The position numbers and the translations under genes were made by a program. The notes beneath the pieces were generated by a model. The model made no database searches, was not told the origin of the DNA, and worked only from the letters and a program-made list of their open reading frames with translations. Shown here piece after piece: positions 36,486-42,607 of a stretch of DNA of 42,607 bases. Each line of letters begins with the position of its first letter. Position 1 is the stretch's first letter. The stretch covers positions 1 to 42,607 of the forward strand of contig JBDNFQ010000202.1 in the NCBI GenBank assembly GCA_041689715.1. The letters are read 5' to 3'. The DNA is from Bacteroidia bacterium (lineage in GTDB: Bacteria > Bacteroidota > Bacteroidia > NS11-12g > UBA9320).

Positions 36486-37361
36486 ATGCCAACAATACTG
36501 CAAGAAGGTGAAGTTAAGCTAATTGAGTGCCCTAGAGATGCCATGCAAGGTATACTAGATTTCATCCCTACTTCGCAGAAAATAGCGTATATAAATCAAT
36601 TATTAAAGGTAGGTTTTCACACATTAGATTGTGGCAGTTTTGTTTCTCCAAAAGCAATTCCTCAGATGCGAGATACACAAGAAGTCTTAGATAAAATAGA
36701 TTTGAGCGAGAGTCAAACGAAACTTTCTGTAATTGTAGCCAATAGTAGGGGAGCAGATGATGCCATTTTAGTTCCCCAAGTAGACTATCTAGGCTTTCCG
36801 TTTAGTGTCTCAGAGACCTTCCAGCAACGTAATACAAGTAAGAGTATAGCAGAGTCTCTAGAACTCGTAAAGTACATTAACGATAAATGTGCTACGGCTA
36901 ATAAAGAAATGGTGCTATATATATCTATGGGCTTTGGCAACCCGTATGGTGATGTTTGGAATCCAGATATAGTGTCTGATTGGGTAAGAAAGCTAGAGCA
37001 GATTGGTATAAAGAAGTTTTCCCTTAGCGATACAGTAGGAGTGAGTACACCTGAAACTATCGATCAAGTATTCAAAAAGATGAATGAACATGCTTCTGAT
37101 TCAGAGTTTGGGGGGCATTTTCATACAAAAGAGTTAGAGTGGGAAGCAAAAGTAACCGCCGCCTATGACGCTGGCTGCAGAAAATTTGACGGAGCTATAA
37201 AGGGATACGGAGGATGTCCTATGGCTAAGGATGATTTAGTAGGCAATATGCCAACAGAGCGTATGATAGAATACTTTGGTTTTGACTCTTTGAAACTAAA
37301 AAAGGCCCCTTTTGAAGAGGCCTTTAGGTTAGCTGAAAATATTTTTGGGCACTATCTGTGA
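36486..37361 (+). CDS. Hydroxymethylglutaryl-CoA lyase-like (DRE-TIM metallolyase)
   Basis: 291 aa. IECPRDAMQG, SFVSPKAIPQM, DTVG and HFH motifs belong to the HMGL-like family. Confidence 0.85.
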   Translation: MPTILQEGEVKLIECPRDAMQGILDFIPTSQKIAYINQLLKVGFHTLDCGSFVSPKAIPQMRDTQEVLDKIDLSESQTKLSVIVANSRGADDAILVPQVDYLGFPFSVSETFQQRNTSKSIAESLELVKYINDKCATANKEMVLYISMGFGNPYGDVWNPDIVSDWVRKLEQIGIKKFSLSDTVGVSTPETIDQVFKKMNEHASDSEFGGHFHTKELEWEAKVTAAYDAGCRKFDGAIKGYGGCPMAKDDLVGNMPTERMIEYFGFDSLKLKKAPFEEAFRLAENIFGHYL

Positions 37362-39022
37362 GTTACTATTAGCTTCTTAGCTATACTTATCTCATCATTT
37401 ACTATGGTTACATAGTACGTACCATTGGGTAGTTCTAAAGTGCTAAATGGTTTAAGAGGATCAATCTCTTTTACTAGTCTAGCATTAATATCATATAAAG
37501 ATACAGAAACATTAGATAGTGAGACACTTGGGTCTAATATTATTTGAACCATATCACTTGCAGGATTAGGATACAGACTAGCCAAGCTGGATGCACTATA
37601 TTCTTTAATCGAGCTTCCTTGAGTGGTAGAAACCGCGAAGAAACTTTCAACATTTTTGGTGTTGTTGCCAAAATCATTTGTAATAGATAATGTGACATTG
37701 TAAAATCCTGTTACTGTAAAGCTAGCAACAAGAGACTTGGTGGATAGGTCCCCAGATTTAATAGAGTATGTACTTGGAAAAATGGTCCATGTTCTGCTAG
37801 TAGCCTCTTGTCCTCCAGAAATGTCTGTAATCGTAGTTTCTTCATTTACAAGTAAGTTTATTTTAGTCGCCTCAAAATTAGCAGAGGGTGCAAGTGCACT
37901 AATAGTAACTTTTCTTATAACATGACTTGCAACAGCAGCACTGTTTTCTGAGACATAGAGATTTCCATTATCATCTGCTTCTATATGATTTATTTCTGTA
38001 AAAGTAGCCGCTGTACCATTGCCATCTGTTAAACCAAATACACTTTTATCTCCTGCAAAGGTTGTTACGGAGTTGCCGCTAACATCGATAGCACGGATTA
38101 TATTTTGATCTGCCACATAAATTATACCTTGTACCACAGCAACTCCTTTAGGAGATTTAAAACGAGCTTGAGATAAAGTGCCATCTATTTGTCGAGGGTC
38201 TGCACCAGTAGTAGAGCCTGTAAGTGTAGTGGTAGCTCCTGAGAATATGTTTACTAATCTAATATTTGTATTCCATGGATCTGTTACCACTATAGTGTTA
38301 CTATTATATATAGCCACACCATAGGGTCCTCCAAAACGTGCGGCAGAACCTGTGCCGTCTGCAGTGCCTTCAGAACCTGCTGTACCAGCTAGAGTGGTTA
38401 CCACACCACTAGAAGTTATTTTTCGAATAGTAAAATTATCATACTCGGTAACGTATAGATTTCCTGCGGCATCTATTGCTATATCTGTAGGTTTATTAAA
38501 CCTTGCAGCAGTACCAGTACCGTCTGTGGAACCAGAGGTTCCATAGCCTGGTAGTCCTGTTGTTGGATTAGAACCTGCAAAAGTAGAGACCACCTGACCA
38601 TTTCCTAAATTTTGATACGGAGCTATTTTTCTAATACAATGGTTTTCTATGTCTGCCAAGAAGATTTCTCCGCTTGAGTTACAAGCTAGTCCCCCTGGAT
38701 CTCTAAAAGTAGCTGAAGTACCGGTAGCATTCTTATATCCTTCTGAAAATGAAGTAGCCTGAAGACTTCCTGCTCTTATATATAATTTATCTGCGATTAT
38801 TATTCGCACTTTGTTTTTTTCTGCAGTGTACATTCTACCGCTAGGGTCAAAACAAATACCTGCAGGATAGGCAAAGTAGGTGCTTGTAAGAGCCTTGTTA
38901 GATGTTGACTCGTATTTGGTGTTTGGATCATCATTTGCTATTCCAGCGTATGTTACTACACTTTGGGCATACGACCCTACACTTATTAAACTAACTAAGA
39001 ATACTAAAATGGATTTTTTCAT
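37352..39022 (-). CDS. NHL-repeat beta-propeller protein with PKD-like domain and T9SS C-terminal sorting domain
   Basis: Signal peptide, repeated F..P.G.A.D..GN.Y..D..N..IRK units, and the CTD SLYPNPASDMVQIILD...GTYYVTIV...KKLIVTHR. Confidence 0.85.
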   Translation of the reverse strand: MKKSILVFLVSLISVGSYAQSVVTYAGIANDDPNTKYESTSNKALTSTYFAYPAGICFDPSGRMYTAEKNKVRIIIADKLYIRAGSLQATSFSEGYKNATGTSATFRDPGGLACNSSGEIFLADIENHCIRKIAPYQNLGNGQVVSTFAGSNPTTGLPGYGTSGSTDGTGTAARFNKPTDIAIDAAGNLYVTEYDNFTIRKITSSGVVTTLAGTAGSEGTADGTGSAARFGGPYGVAIYNSNTIVVTDPWNTNIRLVNIFSGATTTLTGSTTGADPRQIDGTLSQARFKSPKGVAVVQGIIYVADQNIIRAIDVSGNSVTTFAGDKSVFGLTDGNGTAATFTEINHIEADDNGNLYVSENSAAVASHVIRKVTISALAPSANFEATKINLLVNEETTITDISGGQEATSRTWTIFPSTYSIKSGDLSTKSLVASFTVTGFYNVTLSITNDFGNNTKNVESFFAVSTTQGSSIKEYSASSLASLYPNPASDMVQIILDPSVSLSNVSVSLYDINARLVKEIDPLKPFSTLELPNGTYYVTIVNDEISIAKKLIVTHR

Positions 39023-39024
39023 AT

Positions 39025-40002
39025 TTATTTATTATTTTTTTGTTGATTAATTGAAAAAAAGTTATTTACGCTTTCTTCTATATCGTCTTCTACACAAGAA
39101 TAATCACGTTTTATAAATTTTTGTCCTGTTATACTTTCGTACAATTCTATGTACCTGTTAGATACATTTTCTACTAATTCAGATGACATGTGGGGTATAA
39201 GTTGGTCTTCCTTTCCTTGAAAACCTTCAGATATGAGCCATTGCCTTACAAACTCCTTGCTCAGCTGCTTCTGCTCAAGACCAGCGTCTTTATTTTTTTG
39301 ATAGGTATCTGCATAAAAGTAGCGAGATGAATCTGGGGTATGTATCTCATCTATTAATGTGATTACTCCATTATTGGTGCCAAATTCATACTTAGTATCT
39401 ACCAATATGAGGCCTTGACTAGCTGCGTACTGCGAACCAAATTCAAATAAATTTAAGGCGTAAGTCTTAAGTTCTATAAGGTCAGACTTTTTAATTAGTT
39501 TTTGATTTATAATATTATCGAAGCTTATATCTAAATCATGTCCACTTTCTGCTTTGGTCGTGGGTGTAAGTATAGGCTTCGGTAATTTATCGTTTTCTTT
39601 GAGCCCGTCTGGCAATGCCTCCCCACATACTTCTCTTTTGCCTCCTTTATACTCTCTCCATGCATGGCCAGAAAGGTAGCCTCGAACTACAAATTCTACT
39701 GGGTAGGGCTTGCATTTTACCCCTATAGTTACATGTGGGTCTACCTCACTTATTTTCCAGTTAGGTACTATATGCTTTGTATCATCCAGAAACTTAGATG
39801 CTATTTGGTTAAGCACTTGGCCCTTATAAGGAATGGCATTGGGCAGTACATGGTCAAATGCCGAAATTCTATCACTTGCAACTAGTACGATATGATTTTC
39901 GCCTATAAAATAAACATCTCTTACTTTACCTCGCATAAAGTCTAATTGCTTTTTAAAGAAGTAGTTAGTAGATACTATTGTTTGCTGATCTATTGTGTTC
40001 AT
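39025..40002 (-). CDS. purC: Phosphoribosylaminoimidazole-succinocarboxamide synthase
   Basis: 325 aa. GKVRDVY...LVASDRISAFD, LILVDTKYEFG and DEIHTPDSSRY are SAICAR synthetase motifs of the long Bacteroidota form. Confidence 0.92.
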   Translation of the reverse strand: MNTIDQQTIVSTNYFFKKQLDFMRGKVRDVYFIGENHIVLVASDRISAFDHVLPNAIPYKGQVLNQIASKFLDDTKHIVPNWKISEVDPHVTIGVKCKPYPVEFVVRGYLSGHAWREYKGGKREVCGEALPDGLKENDKLPKPILTPTTKAESGHDLDISFDNIINQKLIKKSDLIELKTYALNLFEFGSQYAASQGLILVDTKYEFGTNNGVITLIDEIHTPDSSRYFYADTYQKNKDAGLEQKQLSKEFVRQWLISEGFQGKEDQLIPHMSSELVENVSNRYIELYESITGQKFIKRDYSCVEDDIEESVNNFFSINQQKNNK

Positions 40003-40016
40003 ATACTATGAGTATT

Positions 40017-40024
40017 CAAAAATA
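40017..40024 (-). promoter_or_regulatory. Candidate -7 box (TATTTTTG on the minus strand) for purC
   Basis: Plus strand reads CAAAAATA, an exact TAnnTTTG match on the minus strand, 14 nt upstream of the ATG at 40002. Confidence 0.4.
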
Positions 40025-40061
40025 AGAATATCTGTGTTTTTGCTTAATGAAGATTTAGGTG

Positions 40062-41060
40062 CTATAAATTTTGCAGGAAACCTAGTGTATCTAAATTGTC
40101 TGCATAGTCTTGTAAATCAGGCTTTTGTGATTTGCCAAAAGGAATAGTATTTAGCTTTGAATAGTTACCCACAACACATTGTATTTCACTTTCATTTTCT
40201 TCAATAAAAGATTCAATTTCTGTTTCCGATTCATAGAATGTATAATTTATACAGGCTAAAGGTGCGTTAAGGGCTAATCGCTCTTTCGGCAATAGAAAAC
40301 CGGTATCTAAGTGCTGCTCGCTATTCATAAGTAGCACAGCTTTATGATAGGTATAGTTATTTGCGAATTTATTGTGGTTAGATAGATCCGCATAGTGCAT
40401 AAAATGGTCTAAAACCCTTGTAATGTCTAATGACTTTGGTAAGAAGAGTAAGCTTACATTTCTGCAACCTAGGCCAAAATACTGAAACACATCATCAGCT
40501 AGGTCTTTAAGTTGCTCATCTGTCTCTGTACCATCTAATATGGCGAGTGATTTGCGGTTTTTGCGAAGTAGATTTGGGATGTGTTTGAAATAGTGCTCGA
40601 AGTAACGAAATGAGTTATTACTCCCAGTCGCTATTATAGCATCTATGTTATCAAGCCGCTCTACCACTTTTATCCGCTCTGCCAGTCCTAGATTTGATAA
40701 TGTTTTAGCAATGTATAGCAGCACGTATTTATCATCACTACTGGGTTTTATGTTGGCAGTATGGCCGCTTAGTAATACGCATAAAAGGTCATGAAAACCA
40801 ACCATAGGAATGTTGCCAGCCATTATAATTCCTACTTTTTTAGGCGATGTGCCCCATGTATACTCTTGTACAAAAGCAAGTAAATTATCTTGGGTTAGCT
40901 TCGTTCTCCACTCACCTATTGCCTGCCAATAGTTATCTTCTATTAACCAGTTATTTTCTACATAAGTTCTTTGTATACAAGCTGCTAGCTCTTCATTTTC
41001 CTTAGTGAGTAGCTTGCCAAGTTCTACGAACATGTTGATACTGCTTTCTCTTGATATCAT
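40062..41060 (-). CDS. LuxC-like acyl-CoA reductase family protein
   Basis: 332 aa. IMAGNIPMVGFHDLLCVLLSGH and FQYFGLGCRNVS (catalytic Cys context) match the family as commonly annotated in Bacteroidota. Confidence 0.7.
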   Translation of the reverse strand: MISRESSINMFVELGKLLTKENEELAACIQRTYVENNWLIEDNYWQAIGEWRTKLTQDNLLAFVQEYTWGTSPKKVGIIMAGNIPMVGFHDLLCVLLSGHTANIKPSSDDKYVLLYIAKTLSNLGLAERIKVVERLDNIDAIIATGSNNSFRYFEHYFKHIPNLLRKNRKSLAILDGTETDEQLKDLADDVFQYFGLGCRNVSLLFLPKSLDITRVLDHFMHYADLSNHNKFANNYTYHKAVLLMNSEQHLDTGFLLPKERLALNAPLACINYTFYESETEIESFIEENESEIQCVVGNYSKLNTIPFGKSQKPDLQDYADNLDTLGFLQNL

Positions 41061-41167
41061 TGTTGCAAAGGTGCTGATTCTTTATAACATGTTGAGATTA
41101 TAGTGACATTGTTATCCAATATTTATAACAACTTTGAAAACATACAGATAATAACAACCACAAAATT

Positions 41168-41635
41168 ATGGCATGGAGAAAACTAGAAGGGGAACTTTTA
41201 CTACGAGATATTATGGTGGAAGTAGAAGAAGCTCTAATAGCCGAAAGAGGCAATAGAGTAAAAGTGTGTATAGGGTCTGACTCACAAGTAAAGGGTGATA
41301 TCACCGAATTTGCCACGGCTATAGTTTTTCTTAGAGAGGGAAGAGGAGGCTTCGTTTTTGTAAATAAATATGCCAGCGAACGTAAATTTACTATCAAAGA
41401 ACGCATGATAGAGGAAGTGAATGATAGCGTACAGTTTGCTTATAAAGTATGTCCTATATTGGATAAATACAAGACAGAGCTAGAAGTGAACGCCGATATC
41501 AATACCGACCCCAATTTTAAGAGTAATGTAGCTTTCAAAGAAGCTATGGGTTATATCCTTGGAATGGGTTACACCTTTAAGGCTAAACCAGATGCATTTG
41601 CGAGTACCTACTGTGCGGGTAAGGTGGTGAGTTAG
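41168..41635 (+). CDS. RNase H-like YkuK (DUF458) family protein
   Basis: 155 aa. VCIGSDSQ...ATAIVF...GGF....E.......ERM..E...S..A and ...E.H.DIN-type motifs match my memory of YkuK-family proteins. Confidence 0.65.
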   Translation: MAWRKLEGELLLRDIMVEVEEALIAERGNRVKVCIGSDSQVKGDITEFATAIVFLREGRGGFVFVNKYASERKFTIKERMIEEVNDSVQFAYKVCPILDKYKTELEVNADINTDPNFKSNVAFKEAMGYILGMGYTFKAKPDAFASTYCAGKVVS

Positions 41636-41718
41636 GGATTAGTAAAGCCTCAAAGCAACGATTTTTTATTGAGAAAAGGAAATGATTTAAAGGTTGAATA
41701 ACACTATACAGTTTTATT

Positions 41719-41726
41719 TACCTTTG
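41719..41726 (+). promoter_or_regulatory. Candidate -7 box (TACCTTTG) for the TonB-C gene / ruvX
   Basis: Exact TAnnTTTG match, with only 7 nt between the box and the ATG at 41734. Confidence 0.3.
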
Positions 41727-41733
41727 AAACCAT

Positions 41734-42183
41734 ATGAAAAAGATAATAATACTCTTAATGATGGCTCTGCCTATACTAGGCCTAGCTCAAGAAGAAGCAA
41801 AAGAATCAGTTTTTGAGGTTTTTGATGTTGCTCAAAAAGCTGAGTTTCCTGGAGGAGATGAAGGGCTGCAACGATTTCTTGCTGAGAATATCACATTTCC
41901 AACAGAAGCATTAGAAAATGAATATCAAGGTACGGTTATGCTCATATTCGTAATCAACAAGAAGGGAAATGTAGTAGATGCAGAAATTATGAATAAAGGG
42001 GTTTGCCATAAAAGCCTTGAACAAGAAGCCTTGAGAGTGATAAAGAGTACAAGTGGCATGTGGAAACCTGCTATTCAGAGAGATAAAGAGGTAAATATGC
42101 GTTTTCGTTTACCCGTGAAGTTTCAGATCTACGGAGGCAAAATAAAAGAGAAGAAGAAAAGAAGACTCTTTAAAAGGAAATAA
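41734..42183 (+). CDS. TonB C-terminal-domain (energy transducer TonB-like) secreted protein
   Basis: Signal peptide, then AEFPGGDEGLQRFLAENITFP.EA.EN.YQGTVMLIFVINKKGNVVDAEI, which is the TonB_C fold signature. The tail is lysine-rich. Confidence 0.75.
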   Translation: MKKIIILLMMALPILGLAQEEAKESVFEVFDVAQKAEFPGGDEGLQRFLAENITFPTEALENEYQGTVMLIFVINKKGNVVDAEIMNKGVCHKSLEQEALRVIKSTSGMWKPAIQRDKEVNMRFRLPVKFQIYGGKIKEKKKRRLFKRK

Positions 42184-42192
42184 CAATATAAA

Positions 42193-42603
42193 TTGGCAAG
42201 AATACTAGCACTAGATTATGGCGGTAAACGTACTGGCATAGCCACTACAGACCCACTTCAGATAATAGCTACTCCGCTTATTACTGTACAGACCGAGGAT
42301 TTGATGGACTTCCTTACAAATTACTTTATCCAAGAAGAAGTGAGTGATATGGTGGTAGGGCAACCTACCAGACACGATGGAAGTTTCTCTGCTATAGAGC
42401 AGTACATTGTAGAGTTCATAGATAAATTTAAAAAGAAGTTTCCAGCAATAAGAGTACACCGCATTAATGAGATGTATAGCTCCAAGGATGCCATGCAAGC
42501 CTTGGTAGCTAGTGGCGTTAAAAAGAAAAAACGAAGGGATAAGAAATTATTGGATAGCACCGCTGCTACCTTACTTTTGCAGGAGTACTTATACCACACA
42601 TGA
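42193..42603 (+). CDS. ruvX: Holliday-junction resolvase-like nuclease RuvX (YqgF)
   Basis: 136 aa. ILALDYGGKRTGIATTD, VVGQP and DS.AA..LLQ.YL are YqgF motifs. TTG start. Confidence 0.9.
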   Translation: MARILALDYGGKRTGIATTDPLQIIATPLITVQTEDLMDFLTNYFIQEEVSDMVVGQPTRHDGSFSAIEQYIVEFIDKFKKKFPAIRVHRINEMYSSKDAMQALVASGVKKKKRRDKKLLDSTAATLLLQEYLYHT

Positions 42604-42607
42604 TTTA

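Noticed and set aside
41098-41406. 102-aa minus-strand ORF overlapping the YkuK-family gene
   Set aside because: The plus-strand frame carries the family motifs. The antisense ORF is Ser/Leu-rich and has no features.
42211-42599. Two minus-strand ORFs (95 and 92 aa) inside ruvX
   Set aside because: They are antisense to a clearly conserved YqgF gene.
1-42607. Scan for CRISPR arrays, rRNA, IS elements or transposases, and known defence or toxin-antitoxin modules
   Set aside because: I saw no regularly spaced direct repeats, no rRNA-like sequence, no transposase, integrase or reverse-transcriptase motifs, and no recognisable defence gene signatures in any frame.

Overview
AT-rich chromosomal segment that looks like Bacteroidota, probably class Flavobacteriia. 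The basis is three cargo proteins with TIGR04183-type T9SS C-terminal sorting domains, a TonB-dependent receptor/DUF4249 pair, DUF349, DUF4296, a PafA-like phosphatase, little or no Shine-Dalgarno signal, and repeated TAnnTTTG -7 promoter boxes. About 36 protein genes and one tRNA-Leu(GAG) are supported. Housekeeping genes are rplU (partial), rpmA, yggS, mutS2, smpB, a Cys/Met PLP enzyme, ppk1, HMG-CoA lyase, purC and ruvX. They are interleaved with envelope and surface functions: GT9 heptosyltransferase, O-antigen ligase, LysM protein, NfeD protease, two TonB-dependent receptors, a TonB-C protein, and three T9SS cargos including a 1882-aa cysteine-rich PKD/SprB-type giant protein. I saw no rRNA, CRISPR array, transposase, integrase or recognisable defence or toxin module. 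I cannot point to a convincing new multi-gene system. The best leads are: (1) three tandem copies of an unassigned ~105-aa cysteine-framed domain in the giant T9SS protein; (2) an orphan promoter, three hairpins and a terminator in the rpmA-yggS spacer, which is a candidate sRNA; (3) an NfeD protease operon that has a small secreted protein where a stomatin partner would be expected; (4) divergent genes whose start codons and promoters overlap; (5) a decayed truncated-hemoglobin gene; (6) a perfect 10-bp inverted repeat upstream of the methionine/cysteine PLP enzyme gene. All product calls rest on motif recognition by eye, and no database search was run.
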